64,000 nt of DNA from Candidatus Babeliales bacterium (GCA_963762115.1 CAVXJH010000005.1:113812-177811); one strand, 5' to 3'; shown: positions 10,451-21,775, counted from the stretch's first letter. Numbers and translations: made by a program. The notes: generated by a model not told the origin, from the sequence alone.

Positions 10451-11383
10451 CTAGGTAATAGCTTTAGGTAATAGCTTTATTGCATCATCAAGAGAACTCT
10501 TTGAAAAAACTATAGCAGAAATTGCTTTTGTCATAGCAATTGCTTGCGCTAAAGATCTTTGATGAATATTGCGACCAGTTGCATTACCCATCGTGCCAGC
10601 GCTATAAATTTGTTCATGCAATTCTTGTAGAAATTCTCGTGGATCTTGTGCTAAACCGCCTGCCATAATAACTTTGGTTCTGCCCGCCGCCTGCACAGCG
10701 ATTTTTAGTGCATCAATATTCGATTGTTCTTTGGTTGCATGAGGCATATTTAATTTTACAAAATCAGCACCTAATGATGCTGCAAGCCCTGCTGCACCGG
10801 CAATAATCTCAGGTGCTGTTTCATCATTCACTGCTTTACCACGAGGATATACCCATATAATTGCTACCAATCCATGTTGATGCGCCTGATAAATAAGTTG
10901 AGAAACTTCTTGCAACATTAACGATTCAAATTCACTGCCAGGATACAACGTATAACCAACACCACAAATCGATAATCCGGTATTTTTTTTGAATGAAACA
11001 ACCTGCTCAACTGTCCATAATTGTCGGCTCAACGGATCTTTTTGCTGCGTTTTAACAAGATCAGTTTTTCCGTTCATCTTAACAATATAATTACTATTCT
11101 GATAAGAATTACCATAGTGTGCAATAAGACCTAAATGAGTGGCAAAAGCGCCAATATCACCTTCTGATGCAATTCTAAAAAGATGTTCTGGATCATTATC
11201 TTCAAGATCAATTCCTTGACCATAAAAATCTCTATTTAAATGTTCAATTTTTTGATCACAGGCAAAAAGCATAAGCTTTCCTGTTCCCCGAGTAATTTTC
11301 GTATAGTTTTGAATAAAAACATCTCGCTGCTGCTCTGGCACATCAGCAGGAACTATCAGTATATTTTTTTTTTGACTATTCAC
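10451..11383 (-). CDS. fbaB: Class I fructose-bisphosphate aldolase (DhnA/FbaB type)
   Basis: LFACDQKIEH, WVYPRG, LGADFVK, GNATGRNIHQ; GTG start at 11383 after AAGGA, overlapping the ftsI stop. Confidence 0.9.
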   Translation of the reverse strand: MNSQKKNILIVPADVPEQQRDVFIQNYTKITRGTGKLMLFACDQKIEHLNRDFYGQGIDLEDNDPEHLFRIASEGDIGAFATHLGLIAHYGNSYQNSNYIVKMNGKTDLVKTQQKDPLSRQLWTVEQVVSFKKNTGLSICGVGYTLYPGSEFESLMLQEVSQLIYQAHQHGLVAIIWVYPRGKAVNDETAPEIIAGAAGLAASLGADFVKLNMPHATKEQSNIDALKIAVQAAGRTKVIMAGGLAQDPREFLQELHEQIYSAGTMGNATGRNIHQRSLAQAIAMTKAISAIVFSKSSLDDAIKLLPKAIT

Positions 11384-13028
11384 TTGTTTCCTTAGTAATA
11401 AGAGTATCATGAAGTAACACATCATAAGCAATACGCTCAAAAAGCGGGACGGCAACGGTTGATGCATACACATTACGAGCAACCTGTGCATCATTTATAA
11501 AAGTAACAATCACTCGCTTATAATCACCTTTTTCAATAATGCCTGCAAAGGTATAGATACAATGAAGAGGGTCATATTCACCATTAATCACCTTAATTGC
11601 CGTACCTGTTTTACCCATTACTCGATACCCTTCTAATTGAGCTTTATGCGCCGTTCCTTGCGTTACGGTATTTTCTAAAATTGTTCGTAATTGTTCAATC
11701 GCCACGGTACTGTATAATGGACAACCTTCTTTTTGCACCAAAGCATCTTTAAATAATGTTGGTTTAATAAAAATGCCATGATTTGCAATCATTGAAAAAA
11801 ATTGCGCCAATTGTAAAAGCGTTGCTCTACTTTCATAACCAAATGATAAGGAGATGAGCGATGATCGAGACCAATGTTCAGGCGGATTAACAAATCCAGC
11901 TTGCTCACCAGGCCAACCCAATGCCGTTTTATACCCAAAACCCATTCTGCGGTAATGATCATATAATTTTGAACCAAGTCGCAACGACACTTTTGCAGAA
12001 CCAATATTATTTGAACGCTGCACTACCTCCGCAAATGGCAATAATCCATGCGCTTTCCATGTTGAAAAAGTTACTCCATTAACTGTACCCTTTTTTGTAT
12101 TTTCACAATCAATAAGTTCATTAAGGTCAACAAGCCCTTCCTCCAATAATGCTAAAGTACCAACAATTTTCATAACTGAACCTAATTCATATGCCTCAGT
12201 CACCATTTTATTTTTTGTTGTTGCAAGATCAAGCTCTTGACGCACATTCGAATCAAAACAAGGATAACTCACCATAGCAAGTATATGACCATTACTTGGA
12301 TCCATTACCAAAACAGCACCATCAAGAGCATGCAACGAAGTAACACTTTTTTTTAATTCTTCATAAGCCAGATGTTGAATATCTGCATCAAGGGTCAAAT
12401 AAACAGGAGCACCTTCATTGCCTTCAACTTTAGTTTCTTTTGCAAAATAAAAATGACCCGAACGAGCATCTTTTTGCAGCGAAACGGTTGTCGGCTCGCC
12501 TGCTAACTGTTTGTTGTATAACAATTCAACACCAAACAACCCATTATTATCACTATCAGTAAGACCAATCACTGGTGAAGCTGACTGAAAAGGATAAAAA
12601 CGACTCGGCTCTTTCAAAATTTTAATATCGGGAAGATTATATTTTTCAAATAATGCTCTTTGTTCAGGCGTTAAACGGCGTTTTACATACATGAAATTTG
12701 CTTGGGGGTTTGCATGCAAACGCTCTAAAGCTTTGGGAAAATATTTTTCTAGAAATTGCTCAATTTTTTCGAGCGCAATAAGTTCATGTGGGGTAATAAA
12801 TGCTGCATAACTATCTTCATTTATGGCTAAATACTGCCCATTTCGATCATAAATAGAAGCTCGTGCAGGCATTGTTTTTAACGTTATCGTATATTGTTGC
12901 TTACCCAGTTGAATAAAAAAATCACGTTGATGAACTTGTAAAATATATAAATTACCAATAATTATGAAATACATTACGACAAATACAAAAAAAATAACGG
13001 CGCTTCGCAGTTTATAATATTTAATCAT
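11376..13028 (-). CDS. ftsI: Class B penicillin-binding protein (FtsI/PBP3-like)
   Basis: N-terminal TM, RASIYDRNG, SVMK (SxxK), SNN (SxN), KTGT. Confidence 0.9.
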   Translation of the reverse strand: MIKYYKLRSAVIFFVFVVMYFIIIGNLYILQVHQRDFFIQLGKQQYTITLKTMPARASIYDRNGQYLAINEDSYAAFITPHELIALEKIEQFLEKYFPKALERLHANPQANFMYVKRRLTPEQRALFEKYNLPDIKILKEPSRFYPFQSASPVIGLTDSDNNGLFGVELLYNKQLAGEPTTVSLQKDARSGHFYFAKETKVEGNEGAPVYLTLDADIQHLAYEELKKSVTSLHALDGAVLVMDPSNGHILAMVSYPCFDSNVRQELDLATTKNKMVTEAYELGSVMKIVGTLALLEEGLVDLNELIDCENTKKGTVNGVTFSTWKAHGLLPFAEVVQRSNNIGSAKVSLRLGSKLYDHYRRMGFGYKTALGWPGEQAGFVNPPEHWSRSSLISLSFGYESRATLLQLAQFFSMIANHGIFIKPTLFKDALVQKEGCPLYSTVAIEQLRTILENTVTQGTAHKAQLEGYRVMGKTGTAIKVINGEYDPLHCIYTFAGIIEKGDYKRVIVTFINDAQVARNVYASTVAVPLFERIAYDVLLHDTLITKETSE

Positions 13029-13300
13029 AATGATTGCATAGGTAAAATTTTAATCTGCTTTCTGTCCAATTTTTGCATCTTTAATTCACCCTGGGCATAT
13101 TCTTGAATATGCGCACGATTTTGCAATAAACATAGTTGTGCGCGTATATGTTCTTTGTTTTTTATAAGAGCAACTTTTTGTTTTTCATATGTTTGTTTTT
13201 GAAAAGAAAGTTGTATCATTACACTATTTTTATACACTAAAAAAAATATAAAAAATAGATTAGTACCCAAAAAAAGTGTTATGAAATATGCTTTTTTCAT
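13025..13300 (-). CDS. ftsL: FtsL-like cell division protein
   Basis: Small TM plus coiled coil ending in AQGELKM; overlaps the ftsI start. Confidence 0.6.
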   Translation of the reverse strand: MKKAYFITLFLGTNLFFIFFLVYKNSVMIQLSFQKQTYEKQKVALIKNKEHIRAQLCLLQNRAHIQEYAQGELKMQKLDRKQIKILPMQSL

Positions 13301-13471
13301 GCGAAGGTAATCCTTTTTTATTGTTTTTTTTCTTTTTAAGTCTAAAATACTCCATTCATTTTTTTAAAGAGATTTTTTACACATCCCTCCATTTTCATAA
13401 GCAACATAAAGACTTCACTTGAATTTTAATGCATAAAAATGCTACAAATAACTCAAGAGAACTAGGGGAAA

Positions 13472-15136
13472 ATGCTCTTGGGGGGCAAGAAAATGATCTT
13501 TATTTTCTTTTATAAAAAAAACATCATTCTGCTCATTTTTTTCCTGACGGGAAATAGCGTAATGCTTTTAAGTATGCAAAATGATGATGAACTGTTATTA
13601 AGAAATTTAGCAATAACTCCTCCAATAGAAAAAAGTATCTTAACAAACTCACAAGCTCGCGGTGCTCTCATAAAAAAAAATCAAAAAAAAAGAAAAAAAC
13701 GCAGAACCAGAAAAGAATATCAATTAAAAGAAAAAAAGACCTCAAGCGGTGAAAGCAGTTTTGAATTCACTGAAGAGGATATTCATCCTGATGCTTTTGA
13801 TCCAACCAAAAAAATTCAGGATTATACCGCCTTCATAAAAGATCTTGAATCCCTTATTCAAAAAAATAATATTTTGGAATATTGCAATCAAATGAATCAT
13901 CTGGCCAATCAAATTGCAGATCTTGAGCCACAACAACAGCTTGAAAAATATTTTACTCTTTTATTAAATAATCTAAATTCTGAAGCAGAAATAATACATT
14001 ATTTTTGCCTTACTATCATAAAAATATACTCAAGTCATTTCAAGGAACATGACAAAAAAAAACTACTCAAAACCCGTATTAGTGACCTTTTTGAAACTTT
14101 TGTTTTACCCCTTACGCACCCCAAAGCTCAAAAAAAATTAGAGCAAGTCATGCAAAAATTTATGTCATTACATCAAAGTAATATTCATGATGAAATTAAT
14201 AATACAAAAAATGATGATTTTCTTTATACCTTTTCACCCTCATTACCATCTTTTTCACCCACAGAAGATCATGCTATTTGGAAAAATCCAACCCAACTTA
14301 CCTTACCAAGAGATACTACGTGCTATACATTACTTAACAACCAGGAACTTGTTGCATCAACATATGATGGCAACCTTTTTCAAGTCGATCTCAAAGACAA
14401 AAAGCAAAAAACAATCCACACAAAAAACAATCCAAAACATACCAACATTCCCTATTATATTTTCGTAAAACTGCACAAAAAAGGTAATAAGAAGACCGAA
14501 CATCTAAAAATATTAAAAGCAAAACCTGCCTCAACGCCAACATATTTTCTCAATGCATTTCATTGTTATTTTCTCGGAAAAGAAAGCGGTAAAATTATTG
14601 TTCAAAATCGAAAAGCAAAAAAAATACATAAACTCATCGGGCATAAAAATAAAATTTCTGGTCTTGTGCCTCTTAACGATTCCTCACATCGCTTCCTTGC
14701 ATCATCATCACATGATACCACCATTAAAATTTGGGATTTTGCAAGCGAAATTTGCGTTCAAACATTAAAAAGTAGCATAGGCGAAATTGAAGCACTCGCA
14801 CAAACATCGCCTGAACTTCTTATTGCACTTTCCAAGAGAAAATTTCTTGAAGTATGGAACGTGAGCAACAAACGCATAAGCAATAAAATACGAGTCATTG
14901 AAACGGTTTATTCACCAGTCCTCAGTATGGTTGGTTATGAAAATTACTGCCTAACAGGACTATCAAATAGCACTCTTCTTGTTTGGGAACCAAAAAAAGG
15001 CCTTTGCATTGAAGAAATAGAAATTGAAGGTCAATTACCCATTGCAAAATTATCAAGCGACGGTCATAGGGTGATTGCCGCTCAAGAAACTAAGGACAAA
15101 AAAATCTTAACGCTTTTCATGAAAAAAGATGAGTAA
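13472..15136 (+). CDS. Secreted WD40-repeat protein
   Basis: GHKNKISGL..LASSSHDTTIKIWD repeat; signal peptide; polybasic stretch. Confidence 0.85.
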   Translation: MLLGGKKMIFIFFYKKNIILLIFFLTGNSVMLLSMQNDDELLLRNLAITPPIEKSILTNSQARGALIKKNQKKRKKRRTRKEYQLKEKKTSSGESSFEFTEEDIHPDAFDPTKKIQDYTAFIKDLESLIQKNNILEYCNQMNHLANQIADLEPQQQLEKYFTLLLNNLNSEAEIIHYFCLTIIKIYSSHFKEHDKKKLLKTRISDLFETFVLPLTHPKAQKKLEQVMQKFMSLHQSNIHDEINNTKNDDFLYTFSPSLPSFSPTEDHAIWKNPTQLTLPRDTTCYTLLNNQELVASTYDGNLFQVDLKDKKQKTIHTKNNPKHTNIPYYIFVKLHKKGNKKTEHLKILKAKPASTPTYFLNAFHCYFLGKESGKIIVQNRKAKKIHKLIGHKNKISGLVPLNDSSHRFLASSSHDTTIKIWDFASEICVQTLKSSIGEIEALAQTSPELLIALSKRKFLEVWNVSNKRISNKIRVIETVYSPVLSMVGYENYCLTGLSNSTLLVWEPKKGLCIEEIEIEGQLPIAKLSSDGHRVIAAQETKDKKILTLFMKKDE

Positions 15137-17015
15137 AAAAAACAAAAGGAAGCAAATGATTAGGAAATTCAAAATAAGTAATATCAGGTATGTTATAGGC
15201 ATTATGCTACTGTTTCAACCAGCAGATTATATCTATTGCATGGAAGAGGAACCAGGCAGCAGCAGCCCTGATCGCATAGATGGTGCAGCACATTATTATA
15301 CCGAGACATTAAATACTTACGACACACAAATGCCAGAAAAAAGAGCTGAATTCAAAGACCATTTAAAAAAAATTACTGAAGCTATACAAGAACAAACTCC
15401 TGAGGAACAACTGCAAATATATCTTTCCATGATAGAAAAAGCAGTAGATTATAACAATAAATATCTCACTTCATATATATGTTCACAAATAATTACTCTT
15501 TATCAACAACAGTTACCAATAACAGAAGAAGCACGCCAAGTCATGCAAGAAATAATCAACAATGCTGCACAACAACAGTTCAATTGCAAAGGATTTGAAA
15601 ATATCAAAAAACAGTTATTATTAAAAGCACATGATTCCCGCAAAAAAAACAAAAAAAAAATGAACTCATCACTCCATGATGCAATGCACCAATCAAACCT
15701 CATCGATGATACAACATTATTAGAACTGCTTAAGGGATTCATCGATAATGGGGCCGAATCAAAAGACCTTATATTTGAAACCCTTACTAACTATTCACCC
15801 GCAACACAATTTAATGCACTTACTTCATGTATAGAAATGTCATTAGCAGAAAAAAACAGCTCTCAGGCAACTGAACTCTATGAAATGCTCGAAGATATCT
15901 ATACAACCTATATTGCAGGAACTGAACAAGCGTATGTATACAAACAAAAATTTGAAGCTCTTGCAAAACAACATCCAGAATTACCTTCTAAAAAACTTAG
16001 TACCGGAAATATTTATTTTCCCCATGAATTAACGCATTTTTTTGACCCAACAGAATACGTCATACAAGAAATAAAAAGTCCAAAGAGATCTGCTCAATCA
16101 CCAAGAAAAATCATTAAAAGACATGACTTTGACTGGCACAATCCGCTCAGCATCGCTCTTACTGATGCAGCATGCATATTTCATCTTCGCGGACCTCTGT
16201 TACTTGCAGCAAATAAGAAAGGCGCTATAGATTGTTATGATATAAAATCAGGCAGTTGGAAGAAAACGTTACAATATCCAGGAAAAAACCCCCTTCTTTT
16301 TTCTCCAGTTTTAATGGAAATTCAAAATAAATCACTTACGAGTACTCCAGTTGATGATATCGTTAGCCTTCTTTCAAGCAATCAAGCAGCCCCTCCACAC
16401 TGTGTTTTACATAAAGCAAAAAATGATATTGATACAAGCTATGTATTACAAGGAAACGAAGATGGCACCCTTATTTTACATAATTTAACGTCAAGCAAAA
16501 AACATCATTTTGATGAAAAGCATGCAGATACCGTCACCGCATTTTTAACTTTTCCTCATTATGCCTACTCAGGATCAAAAGATAGAAGTATAAAAAAATG
16601 GAACATAAAAGAAAGAAAATGCGAAAATTCTCTTGAAGAGATGGAAGATACGGTGCGCTCTATCGTTACCTTAAGAAGTAATATTATTACCTTAATTGGT
16701 ACCAAAAAACTAGTACATTGCAATTTATCAGAAAAACCTGCAACGCATCTCACGCTATTTCAATTATCACAGAAAGAAAAAAATAATGCTCTTGAAACCA
16801 TAGTCACTTTTAATGATGAATATCTTATCGCTGGCACAAAAAGTGGACAAGTAAAAATTTTTACTTTCGGTAACGGTTTTGCAAATATTCGCAACATAGA
16901 TCAAGAATCGATAGAAGTACCAGTCATATCATTAACCAATTTCAATGATGAAAAACTGTTAGTGCATTATGGCAATGATACGGCGATGATTTTTTCTAAA
17001 GAAAAAGGCTCTTAA
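15129..17015 (+). CDS. Secreted WD40-repeat protein (tandem paralog)
   Basis: HADTVTAF..YSGSKDRSIKKWN repeat; similar architecture to the upstream gene. Confidence 0.85.
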   Translation: MSKKNKRKQMIRKFKISNIRYVIGIMLLFQPADYIYCMEEEPGSSSPDRIDGAAHYYTETLNTYDTQMPEKRAEFKDHLKKITEAIQEQTPEEQLQIYLSMIEKAVDYNNKYLTSYICSQIITLYQQQLPITEEARQVMQEIINNAAQQQFNCKGFENIKKQLLLKAHDSRKKNKKKMNSSLHDAMHQSNLIDDTTLLELLKGFIDNGAESKDLIFETLTNYSPATQFNALTSCIEMSLAEKNSSQATELYEMLEDIYTTYIAGTEQAYVYKQKFEALAKQHPELPSKKLSTGNIYFPHELTHFFDPTEYVIQEIKSPKRSAQSPRKIIKRHDFDWHNPLSIALTDAACIFHLRGPLLLAANKKGAIDCYDIKSGSWKKTLQYPGKNPLLFSPVLMEIQNKSLTSTPVDDIVSLLSSNQAAPPHCVLHKAKNDIDTSYVLQGNEDGTLILHNLTSSKKHHFDEKHADTVTAFLTFPHYAYSGSKDRSIKKWNIKERKCENSLEEMEDTVRSIVTLRSNIITLIGTKKLVHCNLSEKPATHLTLFQLSQKEKNNALETIVTFNDEYLIAGTKSGQVKIFTFGNGFANIRNIDQESIEVPVISLTNFNDEKLLVHYGNDTAMIFSKEKGS

Positions 17016-17064
17016 ACAATTCTCATTGCTTAAGAGCCCTTTTAAAAATTTTCTATGACCAATC

Positions 17065-17889
17065 TTACCGAATAACCACAGACACAGAACTTGAACTATG
17101 ATGACAATTATGTTCACAATAACGATTATGAACATGAATTTTTGGTCTGTTCATTGCATTAATGCGCTCACGCTCACGCTCATCTTTACGTTTTTCTTTT
17201 TCTTCTTTTTGACAGCGAGGAAGACGAACAACACGCACCAAAAGAGTTCTTAACTGTTCAAGCAAAGCTGTTTGTTTATCGTGTAATGCTTCTAAAGATC
17301 TTTTAGTAGCACGTGCCAAGGTGTAATTAAATGCTTCATCTTCATTATAACCTTGTAATTTTTTAGCAAGCGTTCTGATGCGCTGAGCAACACCTTTACG
17401 ATCGTTACTGAGCTGATTAATATCAGCCTCAAGCTGACGTTTATACGACAATATGCGATAGGTTGCATGCACAATAATATGATCTTCTAAATCATCATTA
17501 GAAAGATGACCATGCAACATGCGCCCGTAGCCATTTTTGATATCATAATAACGATTTTCACTAGCACGCAAAAAATTTTCATCAGAAACAGTAAATAACT
17601 CAGAAAGTAGTATTCCTCCAAAAACTACTGCACCCACTAAACACACCGCGGCAGCACAAACGCCAAACACACTTGATGTTTCAGATTTCTTTTTTGAAAA
17701 AGTTTTTGTAGTATCAGGATATGAATAACCTTGATCAGGAAAAGGTGATCGATGATGAGAGTAGACATGAAGTGGATTTGAACTACAGAAAAAAAGTAAA
17801 AGAGCGATAAGAGAACATGAACGTTGTGACGTGGTTAGCATAGAAAACTCCTCTGCAAAATTGTCACGTTTTATAATTATTTTTTTCAA
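17065..17889 (-). CDS. Hypothetical membrane/coiled-coil protein
   Basis: 274-aa ORF with TM segment and coiled coil; true start may be downstream. Confidence 0.65.
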   Translation of the reverse strand: MKKIIIKRDNFAEEFSMLTTSQRSCSLIALLLFFCSSNPLHVYSHHRSPFPDQGYSYPDTTKTFSKKKSETSSVFGVCAAAVCLVGAVVFGGILLSELFTVSDENFLRASENRYYDIKNGYGRMLHGHLSNDDLEDHIIVHATYRILSYKRQLEADINQLSNDRKGVAQRIRTLAKKLQGYNEDEAFNYTLARATKRSLEALHDKQTALLEQLRTLLVRVVRLPRCQKEEKEKRKDERERERINAMNRPKIHVHNRYCEHNCHHSSSSVSVVIR

Positions 17890-17928
17890 AAATCATGCTA
17901 ATAGTATCATGCAAAAAGGTAGAAGTCA

Positions 17929-18705
17929 ATGTTGTACTTTATTAGACGATTAAAAAACACAAAGCCAACCACCAAAAAGAAAACATTAAAGAAAAAAAAA
18001 CGCTCAACAATAACGCTCGTTAGCACCCTCATTCTCTCCTTATTTGTGCGACCCACTGTTGCTAAAGAGAAAATAAATCCTTATGAGCCTGCGACATGCA
18101 TAAAATATACACAAAAGAAATTACTTTCATATGGAAAAAAGGTTAAACACGTTTTTTTTGTCCCCGATGAAGATGTAAAAGTATTATTACTTGGCCTTAT
18201 TCATATGAGCAAACCAAGAACAAAAATTCGTATTGCCGTCTATCAATTAACCGACAAAGATATTGTTGAAGCATTAGCACTTGCACATAAAAGAGGTGTG
18301 GCTATAGAAATTATCACCGATCAAAGTTGTGTTTACAATCGGTATGAAAAAATTACCACTCTACGCCGTTTGGGAATCCCCATTCATGTATATGGCGGAA
18401 AATATTATTCAATTATGCACAATAAGTTTTTTGTTTTTGAAAACACTCTTGGCGGCAAATCAATCATTTTCACCGGATCAGCTAATGCAACTATTGGTGG
18501 CACTACAAGAAATGAAGAAAATGTCTGGATTGTGGAAAATCAAAAAATTATCGATCAATACAAACTTAAATTTGATACACTCAAAAAGAAAATTTCTCTC
18601 ATGCCATTGCCAAAATCACCAGAGATTCGACTTTCAAGAAAAATGTACAATCACCTGATCAATAAAATGAATAATGTTCTTACATTAACAGGAATTTTTG
18701 GCTAA
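17929..18705 (+). CDS. Phospholipase D-superfamily protein (single HKD-type motif, Nuc-like)
   Basis: IAVYQLT, LALAHKRGV, MHNKFFVFE..TGSAN..NEEN. Confidence 0.85.
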   Translation: MLYFIRRLKNTKPTTKKKTLKKKKRSTITLVSTLILSLFVRPTVAKEKINPYEPATCIKYTQKKLLSYGKKVKHVFFVPDEDVKVLLLGLIHMSKPRTKIRIAVYQLTDKDIVEALALAHKRGVAIEIITDQSCVYNRYEKITTLRRLGIPIHVYGGKYYSIMHNKFFVFENTLGGKSIIFTGSANATIGGTTRNEENVWIVENQKIIDQYKLKFDTLKKKISLMPLPKSPEIRLSRKMYNHLINKMNNVLTLTGIFG

Positions 18706-18829
18706 AAACAGTGTCTTAAGAAGGAATCGAAACACATGCTAGAATGATTTGCTTCATTACTACAATTCCTTCTTAGCTTCGAACTTATGCTATTCATCTT
18801 TATAAAAAAATCAAGAAATCTTTTTTATG

Positions 18830-19786
18830 TTATTGAAGCTGCATTATTAAATTTTTGAAATCTTCAGGTGGTTCTTGGGTGAAAGAATACAATTTTCCTT
18901 CAAAAGTAAACTCTAAAGACTGAGCATGCAATGCCTGCCGTCTCATGATTTTTGATTGGTTGCCATATAATGAGTCACCAAATATTGGATAGCCTAAAGC
19001 GGCACAATGTACACGAAGTTGATGAGTACGACCTGTCAGTGGTTTTAATTCAACCAGAGAGGTATCTTTGAAATATTCTAGCACCATATAATGAGTTACT
19101 GCAGCACGTCCCACCGCCACATGATGACTCATTTTAATCCGATGTATTGGATCACGTCCAATGGGCATATCAATGGTCCCCGTTTTATCCGGATGACCTT
19201 TGACCACAGCCAAATACGTTTTTTTGATTAAACGCTGTTTGAACATATCGCTCAAAAGCTCATGCGCGTATCTGTTACGAGCAACTAACAAGAGCCCTGA
19301 AGTATCTTTATCAAGCCTGTGCACAATACCAGGCCTATCTTCTTGACCAACCAGCCTAATCTCTTGAAAATGGGCCAAAAGCCAATCAACCAAGGATGCT
19401 TCTTCAGTGCTTTTTGATGGCGCATGAACTGATAATGCGGCAGGTTTATTGATGACTAAAAAATGCTCATTTTCAAAAACTTTAGTAATTTTCAAGGCAG
19501 GATCAACTATTTTATCTGTTTTTTGAGCATCTAAAAGGGGAAATTGCACCGTAACAACATCTTCAGGCTTAAGCGAAATGCTTGGCTTTTTCACCTTATT
19601 ACCATTTAAAAAAACCTGTTCTTTTGCAATAAGATCCTGAAAATACGTGCGTGAATAGGCGGCATGCTGAGCGGCAAGAAATACATCAATACGCTGTAAT
19701 GCATCACCTGAAAAAATGTACTGCCCCGTTGAACCAGGAGCAATTAATGAGCTTTTTTCTTGTATCATGGTCAAATCCTTAATCAT
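18830..19786 (-). CDS. rluD: RluA-family pseudouridine synthase with S4 domain
   Basis: RIDVFLA, INKPA, GIVHRLDKDTSG, TGRTHQLRVH. Confidence 0.92.
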   Translation of the reverse strand: MIKDLTMIQEKSSLIAPGSTGQYIFSGDALQRIDVFLAAQHAAYSRTYFQDLIAKEQVFLNGNKVKKPSISLKPEDVVTVQFPLLDAQKTDKIVDPALKITKVFENEHFLVINKPAALSVHAPSKSTEEASLVDWLLAHFQEIRLVGQEDRPGIVHRLDKDTSGLLLVARNRYAHELLSDMFKQRLIKKTYLAVVKGHPDKTGTIDMPIGRDPIHRIKMSHHVAVGRAAVTHYMVLEYFKDTSLVELKPLTGRTHQLRVHCAALGYPIFGDSLYGNQSKIMRRQALHAQSLEFTFEGKLYSFTQEPPEDFKNLIMQLQ

Positions 19787-19831
19787 ATAACTCAGATTAA
19801 GGATTTATGAATTTAGAGTCAAATTGAAACA

Positions 19832-20377
19832 TTAAAGAGCGGCTTTATAGACTATTTTACCCTGAACGGTGCGAGGGGATTGACAAATAAACCCTTCTTC
19901 TTTCAATATATTAAAAAAAGCATACAACGTTTTTATCTGCTCAAACTGCTCATCAAATAATTCTTGATTAATTTTGTTTTTTTTCAATAAAGTTTCCCAA
20001 AACGATAGGACGCGCACATTACTTTTTGGCGGTGTTGAGAAAAGAGAACTCATTTGTTTATAAACAGCATGCCGATTATTATCTACTTTAAATTGCATAG
20101 ATTTATTGGCTGCAATACAATGATGCAAAAAATCACCTTGAGTATCATTAAGTGGTTTATGCGCTTTGCGATCCATAGTTAAGGTTTTTTCAGCAATGTG
20201 TTCAAAACCCTTTAAATAACCAATAAAAGTTGCTGCATCTTGACGTTCTTTTTCACTGGTGATTTTCATGCGCGCATTAAAGGCAAATCGAGGGGCCTGT
20301 TCAATTTCTTGCATGGCATTGTTCAAAAAAGAGATTAAAAAAAGAAAAAACAGGGAAAAATGGAAAAGATAGCTCAT
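19832..20377 (-). CDS. Secreted hypothetical protein
   Basis: GGAG RBS, signal peptide followed by AMQE. Confidence 0.7.
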   Translation of the reverse strand: MSYLFHFSLFFLFLISFLNNAMQEIEQAPRFAFNARMKITSEKERQDAATFIGYLKGFEHIAEKTLTMDRKAHKPLNDTQGDFLHHCIAANKSMQFKVDNNRHAVYKQMSSLFSTPPKSNVRVLSFWETLLKKNKINQELFDEQFEQIKTLYAFFNILKEEGFICQSPRTVQGKIVYKAAL

Positions 20378-20548
20378 TACATCTCCTTATACTCGTTTTT
20401 CAAAAAGCACCCACAGTTTTACTTTTCTTTCCTTCGATGTCAACCCTAAAAGCACAGAGTTTCTCTGATTATATAAATAATACATAATTGTCAAAATTTA
20501 TAATTAATATATAATAAAGAGTATATTGCTGCATATTTTCAGCCTGAA

Positions 20549-21052
20549 ATGGGGATTTCTATGTTATATCGAAATTATCTTTTTTTAACTTTATTTTTAC
20601 TGGGGCTTGCCCAAAATAAAGCAATTTTTGCTGGAAAAACAGAGGAAAACCAACAAATATCGTGGTTTCAACAAATAAAAGATACATTTTCTAATGGCAT
20701 ATGCATTGGACAAATTACACAGTTCATAGAACCAGATCACCATGAGCGGCAGCATGTCGATAAAAATCCTCTCGATAAAAATGCCCCCCATCATATCCGC
20801 ACAATTGATTTAACCCGAAAAGATCGTCAAGCCTCAACAATTCGAAAACCTTTTTTATTCATTATTCAATCACCAGTTAGACCGAATAATAAAAGGATAT
20901 ATATTATTGGCAAAGTGAATACTGAAAGGTTTATCAACCTGATGTACCGCACTACACGATACAATTTAATGCCCGGCGACTGTTTATTAGCTGCAACTGC
21001 ACTAGGTACCGCAGCATTCGGTTACTACAAATATTTTCATAATAAAAGTTAA
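20549..21052 (+). CDS. Secreted/tail-anchored hypothetical protein
   Basis: Signal peptide NYLFLTLFLLGLA and C-terminal TM; paralog of the next gene. Confidence 0.7.
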   Translation: MGISMLYRNYLFLTLFLLGLAQNKAIFAGKTEENQQISWFQQIKDTFSNGICIGQITQFIEPDHHERQHVDKNPLDKNAPHHIRTIDLTRKDRQASTIRKPFLFIIQSPVRPNNKRIYIIGKVNTERFINLMYRTTRYNLMPGDCLLAATALGTAAFGYYKYFHNKS

Positions 21053-21063
21053 AGGATCATACA

Positions 21064-21522
21064 ATGAATTTTATTAAAATGCGTCAAAACTTTCTTTTTT
21101 TAACCATATTTTTATTAGGCCTTGCCCACAGTACATCTGTTTTCGCTGAAAAAACCTGGTCTGAATGGATAAAAGATTCTTTTTATAATGGCATAATCAT
21201 TAAACAAGATCTTAAGGGTAAAAAATGGGAAACTTTTAAAAACGAAAAAAATCATACAAGCCTATATTCTTCATTAAGCAATTTAATCTCAAAAAAAGAA
21301 ATAATTACCCTAGGGAAAGAAGTCTTTATTATACCAGAATATCGCCTGCCTTTTTATAAAAAAAATCAAGCAATAAAGGTAAAACATTCCTGTCAATCCG
21401 AACAATTTACCTCAACATTCAAAAATTATAAAACATCACATCATATACTATTGAGCGATACAATAATTTTAGGCGCTGTTGCTATAACAGGATACTTTGC
21501 CTATAAAAATTGGATTAAATAA
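21064..21522 (+). CDS. Secreted/tail-anchored hypothetical protein (tandem paralog)
   Basis: NFLFLTIFLLGLA; W..IKD.F.NGI.I shared with the previous gene; C-terminal TM. Confidence 0.7.
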   Translation: MNFIKMRQNFLFLTIFLLGLAHSTSVFAEKTWSEWIKDSFYNGIIIKQDLKGKKWETFKNEKNHTSLYSSLSNLISKKEIITLGKEVFIIPEYRLPFYKKNQAIKVKHSCQSEQFTSTFKNYKTSHHILLSDTIILGAVAITGYFAYKNWIK

Positions 21523-21775
21523 AACCAACAACAACATATTAAAACAATCTACACAAAATTCTTGCATTACCTTCTTATATCGTGTATCAATTAAAATTCC
21601 TAAGAAAGTTATTGTCAATTAAAAAAAGGAGCAAAGAAGCAATCTCCTAACTTATTGATCTGATTTTTAACTCAAATGGACAATACCAGATCAGTTTGTT
21701 AGACTCATAGAAAATGCACAGACAATGCTGAAAGATCTAATAATGTCAAACCAGTAAAACTGAAAGAGATGCATA

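Noticed and set aside
11384..11494. N-terminal extension of the aldolase
   Set aside because: It overlaps ftsI; a GTG start with RBS lies at 11383.
17929..18705. PLD protein as part of a defence system
   Set aside because: It stands alone among housekeeping genes with no helicase, methylase or other partner nearby.
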